Source: Octopus bimaculoides
Taxonomy: Eukaryota
Direction of reading: 5' to 3'
DNA length: 36,444 nucleotides
NCBI RefSeq assembly: GCF_001194135.2
Contig: NC_068984.1
Location: 104,529,309 to 104,565,752 of the forward strand
How positions within the stretch are numbered: the stretch's first letter is position 1; every line of letters begins with the position of its first letter. The notes under the pieces were generated by a model that did no database searches, had not been told where the DNA came from, and saw only the letters and a list, made by a program, of their open reading frames with translations. Positions 1-11,637 of the stretch are shown here, piece by piece. Position numbers and translations under genes: made by a program.

Positions 1-330
1 GGCCGCATCTCTGTACATGGCTCGCACAGCTCTCACTAGCCATTCTTCTATCCCAAGTTTCCTCATTGACCACCAGATAAGGGATCGGGGGACCCTGTCA
101 AAGGCTTTCTCCATGTCAACGAAAGCCAGGTACAGAGGTTTATCCTTGGCTAGGTATTTCTCTTGCAACTGTCTCACTAGAAATAAGGCATCAGTAGTGC
201 TTTTACCTGGCACGAACCCAAACTGCATCTCATCTAAATTGATTCGCTCCCTAATTAGTTGGGCTATGACCCTCTCTGTAACTTTCATAACCTGATCTAA
301 CAGCTTGATGCCTCTGTAATTATTTGTATG
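1..330 (-). mobile_element. RTE-clade LINE, reverse transcriptase fragment (runs off left edge; 5'-truncated at ~330)
   Basis: Minus strand is open across 1-330: NNYRGIKLLDQVMKVTERV...EMQFGFVPGKSTTDALF...LAFVDMEKAFDRVP...WLVRAVRAMY, the N-terminal RT motifs of RTE LINEs. No stops, so a relatively young copy. Confidence 0.92.
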
Positions 331-1063
331 ACATAGAAAATAAGAGAAACTTAGAAAAGTGTATTATAGGAGTATCAAAGTATTGTGACATAGTGAAGTG
401 AATGCCAGAAATAACATCATAGATATAAATATATCCTATCTACCCTAGCTACCCAGTCACAAACTTTTGCTTCAATACACTGGAAGTTAAGTGAACTGAA
501 AAATTTTGATAGGAAAACCAGAAAACTTCTCATTTTATTCTAAACTCACCTCAGCCTAAAGCTGATATAGATAGGATTCCCCAGGTACCCAGGTACCCTG
601 ACGCAAATAGAGCTATTACAAAATAACTACAGTGGATTTAAGAAAAATATATTTAGATACAAGCAAAGGCAGACTGATTTGTATGAGAGAATATGAAAAA
701 AGAAAAAAATCTTTTTACACAAGAAACAATAAAAACACAAAGAAAATACATAACAGAAACTGAAAAAAATGGTTTAGATAAAAGCAAGAACATTATAAAA
801 GTTTAAACCAAAATATAAAATCAAAGCAGAATTCCCAAATATACCAAAGAAAAAAAAATACTAAGGAAATGGAATTAACTAAAAGGAAAAAAACAATGAC
901 TTGAATGTATCAGATTAAAAGCAGAAATAAAACTTTGATTTTAGCTAAAGTAAAAAAGCAAAAAGAAAATGGCACCAAAATAGATCAATAAAATAATGAA
1001 ACAATATTAAATAATGAAGCAAAAGGCTAATACTATATAACCAACACACAGAGCAACCCAACC

Positions 1064-1094
1064 TATATATATATATAAATGTATAAATTATATA

Positions 1095-1164
<70 letters not shown>
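1064..1164. repeat. (TA)n microsatellite
   Basis: Direct reading. Confidence 0.98.
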
Positions 1165-1166
<2 letters not shown>

Positions 1167-1473
1167 ACATTCAAGCGAGTTTGTTGCCAGTCCCACTGGA
1201 CTGGCTCCTGTGCAGGTGGCACGTAAAATACACTATTTCGAGCGTAGCCGTTGCCAGTACCCCCTGACTGGCTTTCGTGCCGGTAGCATGTAAAAGCACT
1301 CACTATACTCTCTGAGTGGTTGGCATTAGGAAGGGCATCCAGCTGTAGAAACTCTGCCAAATCAGATTGGAGCCTGGTGTAGCCATCTGGTTCACCAGTC
1401 CTCAGCCAAATCGTCTAACCCATGCTAGCATGGAAAGTGGACGTTAAACGATGATGATGATGATGATGATGAT
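1165..1473 (+). mobile_element. SINE 3' portion (two ~67-bp tandem units plus RTE-like tail ending in (GAT)n)
   Basis: Ends CCCATGCTAGCATGGAAAGTGGACGTTAAACGATGATGAT. Homologous to 18809-19170 (minus) and to the RTE 3' end at 14540-14700. No tRNA head seen. Confidence 0.85.
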
Positions 1474-1940
1474 ATATATAAATTGACCACTTTATTTGTG
1501 GCTATCCAGTTTAAAAAAATGATGTAATGCATCCATAGACATGACTGTATTGGTAGTTATATCCATTTGACAAAACTGGAATTGAAAATAGAAGATATAA
1601 TGAGTATACACCATATCCACTGTGTGAAAATCACAATCACATAGCTATGATACTTCTGGGACAAGCATGCCCAGACCAACATGGAGATCAGAGTGAACCC
1701 TTATCATAAAAGAAATAAAAGGAAACCTGTGTATATTGATAGACATCACAGTTAAAAGAGCACCTAACAGGAAATTGAAGACCTATTAAGTAAAGTGGAT
1801 GTGAAAGATGAGCAAAAATAGTAGCAATACTAATTGTTAAACTTGGTACGATAAGGAAGAATATGAATAAAATGTAAATACTATAGCTGGATGCACAACA
1901 TCACACACAAACCTCAAAATAACTCTGCTAGATATTGCTA

Positions 1941-1986
<46 letters not shown>

Positions 1987-2026
1987 TGTATATATGTATG
2001 TTTGAGTATATATGTGTGTGTGTGTA

Positions 2027-2066
<40 letters not shown>
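1941..2066. repeat. Compound (CT)n(CA)n/(TG)n microsatellite
   Basis: Direct reading. Confidence 0.95.
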
Positions 2067-2067
<1 letters not shown>

Positions 2068-3470
2068 TTATCATAAGGGCACATAAGGTGCCTACCTGCT
2101 AGAAAGAGGAGTTAACCCATTACCTCCCATAATTCTATTAACTGAAATTTTTTTTATGAAACTTTGATTTCTAGCATGAAACAGCCTTAGAAATGATCAA
2201 AATAACATTTCATGGAATGATCAAAATAACATTTCAAAATAACATTTTAAATAGAAATAAGCGAGATATTGGGTGAAAAATTAGAAAACCTTATTTGAAT
2301 ATCAGAGAAATATACCTAGTAGATATAGCTAAAAGGTTAGATATGTGTAAATATTGACAGATAATTACAAAATCTGTAATTTTTAAGTGATCTCATGAGA
2401 TCACTGGTAGGTAATGGGTTAATATCTTCAGTTAAACTAATAATAATAACACTGAAAATATTTAACAGAAAAACTCTAGTTAGGCAAAAATTTCAATCTG
2501 TCACCTTGAAGTCTGCTGGCATTCTGAATTGTTTTGTGCCAAAATCAGAACAGCTCCAGTGTAAATATACTAATAAAGAGTAAATATTCAGAAGTGAATA
2601 TTTATATAGATATTTTTATTGCTGTTTTTATCTGCAGTAAATGTAAATAGTTGATAACAACAACAATAATAATATAGGTGGTTGCAGGCCTTAAATAGCA
2701 TTAGATAGCTATAGAATTAAAATTTATATTTATCATAACAGCATACAAAGTGCCTACCTGCTAGAAAGAGGAATTAAAACCCTTAGTTGAACCGCCAATA
2801 ACAATTCAGAACACTTACAGGCATCAACATGACGAGTTGAAATTTTTTCACTTGGTAAAACTTGCTGATGAAAGTTAAGCTTTTTCACCAGAAATAGAAA
2901 TCAGGATTCAAGTATATCCAAATGCCAAACTATATAGCATTGAGCTGTCTTGATATGTTAAAATTCTTTAACCCGTTCACCCTGTTGAATTTTTTCAGTG
3001 TTATTGGTAGTTTAACCGAGGGTTTTAACTCTTTTTTTTAGCCTTGTGTGCCCTTATGATAAATATAAATTTTAATTCTATAGCTATCTAATGCTATCTA
3101 AGTCCTACAACCACCTATATTATTAATGTTATTGCTATTATCAACTATTTATATTTACCGCAGATAATAACAATAGTAATATCTATATAAATATTCACCT
3201 CTGAATACTTACTCCTTATTAGTATATTTACACAGAAACTGTTCTGATTTTGGCATAAAACAATTCAGAATGCTGTTAGACTTCAATGTGACAAGCTGAA
3301 ATTTTTTCACTTGGTGAAACTTGAGGCTTTTTGCCAGAACTAGAAATGATGATTCAAGTGTATCCAAATACCAAAATATAGAGCACTGAGCTGTCTTGGT
3401 ATGTTAAAATTCTTTAATCTGTTCGCCTGATCACTGTTGTTTTTTTGTTGGATTTTTTCAGTGTTATTGG
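2068..3470. repeat. Cluster of four partial copies of an unclassified ~430-bp repeat in mixed orientation, including ~265-bp inverted arms
   Basis: 2486-2750 is the reverse complement of 3042-3306. 2800-3010 is a direct repeat of 3260-3470. TATCATAA..GTGCCTACCTGCTAGAAAGAGGA occurs at 2070 and 2731. Confidence 0.85.
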
Positions 3471-3686
3471 TGTTATATATATATATATATATATACAAAC
3501 AGCTAGGTGCAATATAATACCATAAAGGAAAAATATTTTTTCAGCTACATCTGCCATACAACTTTCTTCACCATAGCCACCATAAAGAAGAAAGCTCTTC
3601 ACTCTTCCTTGTCAAAGGTGAAGATGGATGAAATGCCACTAAGCATTTTGCTCTGTGTACTCATGATTCTGCCGGCTTCTCATCTT

Positions 3687-3696
3687 GATAATAATG

Positions 3697-3748
<52 letters not shown>

Positions 3749-3803
3749 TAATAATAATAATGATAATAATAATGACGATGATGGTGATGATGATGATAAT
3801 AAT
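3687..3803. repeat. (AAT)n/(GAT)n microsatellite (tail of the adjacent minus-strand SINE fragment)
   Basis: Direct reading. Confidence 0.95.
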
Positions 3804-3875
3804 CCTTTCTCCTATTGGCACAATGCCTGAAACTTTGGGCGAGGGGACTAGTCGATTACATTGACTTGGTAGTAT
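3801..3875 (-). mobile_element. 3' fragment of a tRNA-derived SINE with (ATT)n tail
   Basis: CCTTTCT..GGCACAA.GCCTGAAA.TTTGGG..GGGGACTAGTCGATTA matches copies at 33760-33830 and 34060-34090. Confidence 0.7.
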
Positions 3876-4914
3876 GTTTATGGGATTTTAAAAAGTTCTG
3901 CTTGATATGATAACTTTGATATGAAATCAACAGTTTCACAAAGGAATCTAAAATAGACCCAAAGGTTGAATTCGAAGGTAAAAGCTGAGTGATTAGAGAT
4001 TCTGGTCTGAGATTGGGTATTGAGATAGCTTTATCCATGCTCCTGAGAGGGCTGGCTAAGGAAGCACTTGTTAATTATACAGTGAACTATTTACAGCCAG
4101 ATAAAATGAGAAAGTGTAAGTTAAGTTTATTAGCCAAGGAGAGTGTTGGGCTGAGAATGAAAGTGAAAATTTATTGTCTAAATTTTGGACAATTCATTGT
4201 CCAAATTTGATCAGCAGTGGTTTCAAGCAAAATAGAATTCTCCTTCCACCAGAGTAATATTGGGTTTGGAAAGTAATCTCAAACCCAAAAGCAATATTAA
4301 AACATGGTACTAACATCATTATTTTCTAAGCAACAAATACTAGTGAACTTTTTGAAAGATAAGATCTTTGGTAGATACAAATGTAACTTAATTAGAATTT
4401 AATTAGAGGTATTCTAGCTGGATTGGCGGATTCTCTCAAAGAGAGATAAAAAAAAAAATTACATAATTGAAACTGGTGCCGAAGCTCTGGGAAAATATTT
4501 TGTACTACTATCCACTACAAACAAAGAATCAAATAGATTTCTAATTCCGAATACCTTACACAGCACTAATGAAACTATAACCAATAACATTAAATCATTA
4601 AAGACTAAATGAGAGACTAATTAAATTTGGAAATGTCAAAGAAAATATTTCGATACCAACCTGCTTTAAATCACCCCTAGTTTTATGATACAAAAGTGAT
4701 GAATTAGAGATATAGAGGTTACAAACTGACTCAGACAAGTAGTAAAATCTATCAAAACCCAACCCAAACCACATAATCCCACAAATTTATTGTCAGTATA
4801 TGATGAAAATTTGCTATAAAAGCCATCGTAAACAGATAACAATGATAATAAGATATGACAATAATTATAAGATTGCATTAGCAAATATAAATCCAAAGAA
4901 ATGATCATACACAC

Positions 4915-5035
4915 ACACATATTTATATAATCTGGTCAATTGTAGAGAATGTTGTTCAAATGTGAAATAGATATTGGATAACAATCAAGTGAACTGCACT
5001 AGAGTCTCTCTGATACTGCAAATAGCAGTCCTGGT
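4915..5035 (+). mobile_element. Possible very old GIY-YIG (Penelope-like) remnant
   Basis: LYNLVNCRECCSNVK* followed after a frameshift by DIG*QSSELH*SLSD, loosely resembling VYKI.C..C...YIG.T.R.L..R..EH. Short and broken. Confidence 0.3.
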
Positions 5036-5639
5036 AATTATCCATGGACACCAGCAAACGACAATAATCTTTTCTGTAATTTTTGCTATCCAATTCAGTC
5101 CACTTCGATTGGATCTATTTATTTTGCAATGTCATACTGCAGTATAAGAGGTCAAGATGATCTTTGTCTGCTAGAAATTAATGAGCATCTGGGGAGATAC
5201 ATTTTCTTAGCATCCTGACAAAGTAAAGATCTAAACTTTCTTTTACCAGGAATCCTGTAATTGGACCATGTGAGATCCTATGGGATATAAATATAAAAGA
5301 AGTTACTTATAGATCCTTTCATAAATTACTTCTGTTAGAGTGAAATGAAAGACAGGCAGGATTGGTGTAACATTTTCTCCAACTAAACAGAAAAGTTTAA
5401 AGGTTACATAAGCAATTTTGCCAAAGAAATTTTGTGGGCTTCTTTTTAATTCCTGTATTATTTCTTTTATCTATTCATTCTCTTATGGACAACCCTATAA
5501 TCATAAGAAATAAATACATGAATCCTGAATTTATTTTTAACCTCCCATCACCAAATTTTGCTGAGCAATGAAGTCTTTTGTTAGTTTTCCTAATATTCAA
5601 ATCTCTGATTGTATTTGATGTTTGTTGATGTCTGTACCA

Positions 5640-6200
5640 CAAATATTATGTACATACTGCAAACTATGGCGTTTAACTGCAGGCATAGCACAAAAGTCTG
5701 CCACAATGAAATACTGTCACTTCTATAATATTCTTGCTTATGAGGGCACAAGGAAGTAGTAAATTAGATGGGAGTGGTCATAAACCTCCAACTATTCCCA
5801 CATCTCCATCTTCTGCAAGCTACAAGAACCAAAAGCACCCTGGTTACAAAATGGGTGATTAAGTCATTATTAAACTCATAAAACAGAAGAACTCAACATG
5901 TATTATAAACCCATAGCTAACTACAAATTCATAGTCTGAATATATTTTAGTAACATCAAAATAAAGAAAAAAAACCCTTGTCAATGTAAACCAACAAACC
6001 ACAGAATGTATTTCAGACAACAAATGTAATATAGAGATTTCATGGAAGTTGTAAACTTCATGACACAAACTGTTATATTGGACACACAAATATGATTCTA
6101 TCTCATTAAACAACTATGCATTTACATCAAAGAGCCATCAGAATTCATTATCTAGCTTCATTCTAAAAATCTGTTGATGAAGGATATTTGTTACGAATGC
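5640..6200 (+). mobile_element. Penelope-like element remnant (RT-thumb linker plus GIY-YIG endonuclease)
   Basis: YKNQKHPGYKMGD (5821), then NVI*RF..SCKLHDTNCYIGHTNMILSH*TTMHLHQRAI (YIG at 6074-6082). These match the YKNQM..YK.DE and YIG.T...L..R.T.H motifs of Penelope elements. Confidence 0.8.
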
Positions 6201-6976
6201 GCAGAACTAAGTGAAAAGAAGTTATAAGACATATAATTAATGTGAGGGAAAATATATGCAAAAGGATTTGTAACTCTTTTGATTGACACCTGTCCACAGG
6301 AGACTGCCTCCTTTCAAAATGTCTTATTTAAATTAAAACCTTTCACCAAAATGAGTCAAATAAAACAGCTTAATAAAGAAAAAAAAGTTATCTTGGTAAT
6401 CCCTTCTAAATTCATGATGGTTTTCAAATTAATTGAAGCACAGAGGCAGTGTATTTTATTAGAAATATCATCATATAAGGGTCAACACATTCTTCATTTA
6501 TGAAAACTAAACAATTTTCTGCAATTGATTAGTTCTGCAAATTCAGACTTTGCAATATTTTCTTAGAATAATTACTTTTTTTTTGCAATTTCATGATTTT
6601 ATATCATCTAGCTTTTCTTCTATTAGAAACGGAAAATCTTTCCTGAAATATTATAAGATCATTAAACAATATAATAAGATCATTAAGTTAATGCAATATC
6701 TTTTCACTTTGTTTTCATTTATTGACATCACCTTAGCTATTTTGCCTGGCTTCTTACTTGCATTGCCCAAAGGTTATTCCAAACATTTATATCACTTCTT
6801 TTCCTTTCTTTTTTTGTAAAAACATATTAGGGGTAATTAATGTATCAATAGTGAAACTAGTGACTTATCAGTTCGTGATTCAGCACCTTTTCCATTTACC
6901 ATGTTGTCTTACATTTTTATATCATTATTACAATCATGATACATTTCTTTACAGTCAACAAAAAATAAACTTAAAA

Positions 6977-7206
6977 CCCTTTCGTTACCAGCCCGGCTGA
7001 AACCGGCTCTGGCTCTAGTACAACTGTCTTGTCTCCATAAGTTTTGGATTAAAATCTTCCACAAAACCTTAGTCACAATTTATGTTCCTAACACTAGCTG
7101 AATGATAACTAAGTTAACTAAGTTATTCTATACTAAATTCTTTGTTATATTTCAAGTAATTGAAAGAAACACAGAGCATCTCAAAATAAACACAATAACG
7201 AAATGG
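6977..7206. mobile_element. piggyBac-type MITE (~230 bp)
   Basis: Termini CCCTTTCGTTAC ... ATAACGAAATGG are imperfect inverted repeats starting CCC. TTAA lies immediately on the right and TTAAAA on the left. No coding capacity. Confidence 0.7.
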
Positions 7207-7659
7207 TTAAAATACTGTATTCTGGGACAGACATGAAAATACAGCATTCCTCCAGTAATTGAACTTTTATCTATCAATTATGTGTCTACTGACTGCTTTT
7301 CCAGTGATATTTGGCCACTTCACATGACTAAAGCTCCCCAGACAACAAATGACTAAATACATTTTACATTATGTAACTATTAAGGTGAAAATAGATATTT
7401 CTTTTATATTGAGACTCTTTTATCTATTATTATACCATTTATATGATGTTTACTGAATTCTTTGTACTGAAATCAATTTTTGATTGCTTTAAACTATGGC
7501 TCTGAAAGGAAGGTCTTGGAGAAACACTTGTATCTATGATTAAACAAAATTATTTCTTTCATATAGTGATTAATTTTTCTTTTCAATATAATTATTGAGC
7601 TGGATAGGTGAATACATATATTTACACACACAAGCACATATGTGTACACACACACACAT

Positions 7660-7850
7660 TGTTTTCTAAAATCTATTTTTCCATGTTTGTATGGGGTCAG
7701 ACTGAATTCATTGAGGCAAATTTTCTACCCCCAATGCCCATCCTGCCACTAACTCTCACTTGTTTCCAACATAGGTAATACTTCCCCATGAACAAACATG
7801 TTTTCAGGGAAGACTGGAAACAAAGGACTTTGCTTATATGATAATGATAA
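7660..7850 (-). mobile_element. Degraded SINE/repeat with RTE-like 3' tail
   Basis: Reverse complement reads GGGGAAGTATTACCTATGTTGGAAACAAGTGAG...CTGACCCCATACAAACATGGAAAA, homologous to 10760-11000 and 11105-11275. Confidence 0.65.
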
Positions 7851-7875
7851 TGACAATCAATTATTATTATCCTTT

Positions 7876-7968
7876 GGACTGGTGAAACCAGATGGTTTCA
7901 CCAGTCCTCAGTCAAATTGTCCAACTCATGCTAGCATGGAAAGCGGACGTTAAACGATGATGATGATG
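7876..7968 (+). mobile_element. Short SINE/RTE 3' tail with an inverted (fold-back) 5' end
   Basis: TTTCACCAGTCCTCAGTCAAATTGTCCAACTCATGCTAGCATGGAAAGCGGACGTTAAACGATGATGATG matches 1390-1473. 7876-7890 is the exact reverse complement of 7893-7907. Confidence 0.85.
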
Positions 7969-8239
7969 TGATGTTAAGACAAGGACACACACACGCATGC
8001 ACATGTGTCCTGCATGTGCGCACACACATACACACACACACACGCATCTGTGTGTGTGTGTGTGTATTTACATGTAGATATAAATGTACTACACAGAAGG
8101 AAAATCTTACTTGAAACCTATAGTCTGTTTGTAGTTGTTAGCCTTGTTACTTTATTTTTGTTGTTAGTTTAATGCTTCTATACATTTAATGGGTGGCACT
8201 AGTTTCACAACCATTGATGCTTTTTGTGTCTCATTCTTT

Positions 8240-8910
8240 TATCCAGCATCTGTCAAGACTCAAACTTCCTGGAACCACAAAAAAGACTGCAAACCTTTGA
8301 TTACTTCGGTCATAACATTACATACATCTCTAATGATGAAATTTATCAATTTCCATAGTATCCTTATTCATGGGCATAAGGAATGTATACATTAGGTGGA
8401 AGAAGTTGAAAACTTTTGGTTTCTCACATAGCTGTATCCTCTATGTACTACAAGAATCAAGTGCATGCTATTTACAGAATGGTTGCATCGCAACATGTAT
8501 CATAAATCATAGCTAACCACATAAGGATAGTTAGAATATATTATAATAACACCAGAATGAAAAACCTCCTCATCAGCATGAAACCATAAAATAACAAACT
8601 ACAGACAACACTGCAGAAAACCAATGTAATGCAGAGATTTCAATGTAAATGTGAAAGTTGTAAACTTTATGACTTAAACTTTTAAATTGGACATACAAAT
8701 ATGACTCTCTACCCCCAGTTGACAATGTCTTTATAACAAGGAGCCATTGTAACTTATGATAATGCAACACTATACAAAATAAATTTGGCAGAAAAGCACT
8801 AGCTGGCAGTCAAATAATTTTATATAGAATTTAAAAAATAGGAATAATAATGATGGAAGCTTTACTAATAGCAAAATATATAAACCAAGTATCAACACAC
8901 AGATATATCA
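8240..8910 (+). mobile_element. Penelope-like element remnant (linker, GIY-YIG, C-terminus)
   Basis: YYKNQVH (8446), IYYNNTRM, LQKTNVMQRFQCKCESCKLYDLNF*IGHTNMTLYPQLTMSL*QGAI, then MEALLIAK and, after a frameshift, KPSINTQ (8882-8902). The last is the typical LEAL.I..KP.IN.Q C-terminus. Homologous to 5640-6200. Confidence 0.8.
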
Positions 8911-9405
8911 TGTGTAGAATAAAACATGATATCTATCAGGCTTCAACGGTTGTATACATTTATCAGTTTCAACTGCATTTCCACAATCTTTTGCAACTTG
9001 TGAAAAATTCATGTAAACAATACAATATTATTATCATCCCTTCAAGTCGATAAGGTTTGGAAAGCTATGAAGTATTAATTAATGAATTTATGAACACTTT
9101 TTGTTCTAAACTAAATATAGATGACTAATTAGGAAATATGAAAAACAGTTAAAAAAAAAAAAAAACTGAAACACAATCATATATTTAATGTAACTCACAG
9201 ATGTAGGCACACATACTGATATGTATGTTCATACATACATGCATGCATGCATACATACATACATACATACACACAAACATATATATNNNNNNNNNNNNNN
9301 NNNNNNNNNNNNNNNNNNNNNNNNNNNNNNNNNNNNNNNNNNNNNNNNNNNNNNNNNNNNNNNNNNNNNNNNNNNNNNNNNNNNNNNNNNNNNNNNNNNN
9401 NNNNN

Positions 9406-10639
9406 CATTCCATAAATAATGTGTTTTTTTTTTTCAATTGCATGAACTAAAAGTCGGAGGGGGATGGGATAAACTACCTGCATCAATTTGCTATAAAAGC
9501 AGGTAGTAATTTTATTTGAACTTATTCTTAGTGCAAGTTTTGAAGAGTGCAGTTCGATTTGAACAGTTATTTTTTCACAGCTATAATGGAAGTGACAAAG
9601 GAGCATATTTGGCATATTTTGCTTTATGAGTTCAATAAAGGCAACAACACAAAGGAAAGAGTGAGGAATATTAATGCAATATATGGGAACTGGAAAATAA
9701 GTGTAAGCCAGTGTCAACAGTGGCTCCAGAAATTCTGAGCAGGAAACTACGGCCTAGAAGATGAGCTTCATCCTGGAAGATCTGTGCAGTTCAATGAGGA
9801 TGTCTTGCAAACCCTGGTGGAACAAAATTCCCATAATAACTGTTGAGGAACTAGCAGAAAAGCTTGGATTTGGTCATTCAAACATTCATCGACATCTGAC
9901 ATCAGAAAAGTCAGCAACTTTCGTGTGCAGAAAGTGAATGTGTGCTCTTCTTTGCTGTCATATCTCATGAATGAACCTTTTCTGGACTGAAAAGTGGCTG
10001 GTGATAAGAAATGTGTTCTCTATGAAAATGTCAAGGGTCGAAGACAGTAGGTAGGCAAAGGAGAAACACGGGCATCCCAAGCTAAAGAAGATCTTCACCC
10101 ACATAAGATGTTATCTGTTTGGTGGGATATGAAAGGTTTAGTCCACTTTGAACTTTTAAACCCAAACCAAATAATAACGAAGGAGATCTACTGTGAGAAG
10201 CTTGAGTGGCTTAAGTCAGCGCTAGAAAGAAAATAATCATGTTTGGTTTCAAGATGAAAGGTGTTCTTTCATCAAGATAATGCTCAGCCACATACAGCGA
10301 GGATGACATTCCAAAGGTTGGAGCAGTGGGAATAGGAAATGATGCCCCAGATCACCATATTAGCCGGACATTGCCCTGTCTGATTATCATTTATCTTCAA
10401 AATCATTTGGACAGAAAAAATATGAATTCTGTTGACGAGGTCAGAACAGTACTGGAGGAGTATATTTTGTCACAGACAAGTGAATTTTGGAAGAGGAGCC
10501 ATCTATCTACCAGATAGATGGAAGAGCATTGTAGAAAATGGAGGAGAGTATATTTTAGATTAAAAACCAACTTTGTTCATCTTAATTTTGAAAAATAAAA
10601 GAAGTATAAAAAAACTGCATTATTTATGGGATGACCCGA
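9406..10639 (+). mobile_element. mariner DNA transposon, near full length, defective
   Basis: Left TIR CATTCCATAAATAATGTGTTTTTT (cut by an N-gap) matches the reverse complement of right TIR AAAAAAACTGCATTATTTATGGGATGACCCGA. The right end is followed by TA/(TA)n. Confidence 0.92.
9586..10563 (+). pseudogene. mariner DD34D-type transposase pseudogene
   Basis: MEVTKEHIWHILLYEFNKG (HTH region), GDKKCVLYEN (cf. GDEKW..YDN), LSVWWDMKG, FFHQDNAQPH, PDIA.SDYH, C-terminal GEYILD*. Multiple stops and frameshifts plus an internal deletion near 9920. Confidence 0.9.
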
Positions 10640-10759
10640 TATATATATATGAATGAACAATGAAAGAAAGTAGCTCTGAACACATTTGGTTGGAGTTACA
10701 AGAATATAATAATAGGTGTATGTATGTATGTGTGTGTGTGTGTGTGTATCATCATTATT

Positions 10760-11000
10760 ATCATCATCATTATTTTAACATTCACCATCCCATGCTTGGC
10801 ATAGGTCAGGTGGAATTTGTTGAAGCAGATTTTTCTACAGTTTGATACCCTTCCTATTATCATCTCTCACCTACTTGCAAGGAAATATTTCCCCCTGTTT
10901 GAACATTTTTCAAAAAAGATTTGGAAACAAATTACATCACTTGTATGATGGCAACACTTGTTTACAACTATTGCACAATGTCAAGACAAGAGGATGCAAA
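10760..11000 (-). mobile_element. SINE/repeat with RTE-like tail ((GAT)n on the minus strand)
   Basis: Reverse complement reads GGGGGAAATATTTCCTTGC..AGGAAGGGTATC..GTAGAAAAATCTGCTTCAACAAATTCC..GCATGG..GTTAAAATAATGATGATG. Confidence 0.7.
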
Positions 11001-11034
11001 CACATACACATATATACATATACACACACACACA

Positions 11035-11070
<36 letters not shown>

Positions 11071-11104
11071 TACACACACACAATGCTTTCGTCAGTCTGA
11101 GAAT

Positions 11105-11275
11105 ATAATGACTCAGTTGTCACATGAGTGATGTTCTTTGTTTCTGGTGTTCTGTGATAAAAAATATCTGGTTATGGGGAAATATTACCTTGTTTGGAAA
11201 CAAGTAAGTGTTGGTGACAGGAAGAGAATCTGGTTGACTCATACAAGCACAGAAAAGTTGATGTTAAAACAAAGT
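11105..11275 (+). mobile_element. Same repeat family, plus-strand partial copy
   Basis: GGGGAAATATTACCTTGTTTGGAAACAAG..GACAGGAAG..CTCATACAAGCACAGAAAAGTTGATGTTAAA. Confidence 0.65.
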
Positions 11276-11326
11276 TATTTACATACACACACATGTATAC
11301 ACACATGCATACACATATACATACAA

Positions 11327-11382
<56 letters not shown>

Positions 11383-11604
11383 GTATACACATACACACTT
11401 ATATACTTATACATACCTATATATNNNNNNNNNNNNNNNNNNNNNNNNNNNNNNNNNNNNNNNNNNNNNNNNNNNNNNNNNNNNNNNNNNNNNNNNNNNN
11501 NNNNNNNNNNNNNNNNNNNNNNNNNNNNNNNNNNNNNNNNNNNNNNNNNNNNNNNNNNNNNNNNNNNNNNNNNNNNNNNNNNNNNNNNNNNNNNNNNNNN
11601 NNNN

Positions 11605-11637
<33 letters not shown>

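Larger units (their letters stand above)
335..1945 (+). mobile_element. Old, heavily degraded R4/Dong-like (RLE) LINE remnant, interrupted by (TA)n and a SINE
   Basis: Collinear broken motifs: RKVYYRSIKV..EVNARNNIIDINI (~350-435), HWKLSELKNFDRKTRKLL..PKADIDR (~475-580), Q*LECIRLKAEI (~895-930; cf. WL..SGLKAETEG), HRHDCIGSYIH (~1530-1565), ILWD/IDIT/LGTIRK-like pieces (~1650-1860). Same order as the better preserved copy at 30800-32496. Confidence 0.72.

Noticed and set aside
9118-9136. Hammerhead-like TAGATGA-CTAATTAG-GAAA downstream of the Penelope remnant
   Set aside because: Two mismatches in the CUGANGA core and no stem III/NUH or stem I. At best a decayed relic. Other CTGATGA sites (2866, 35603, 36275) lack a stem II-GAAA.
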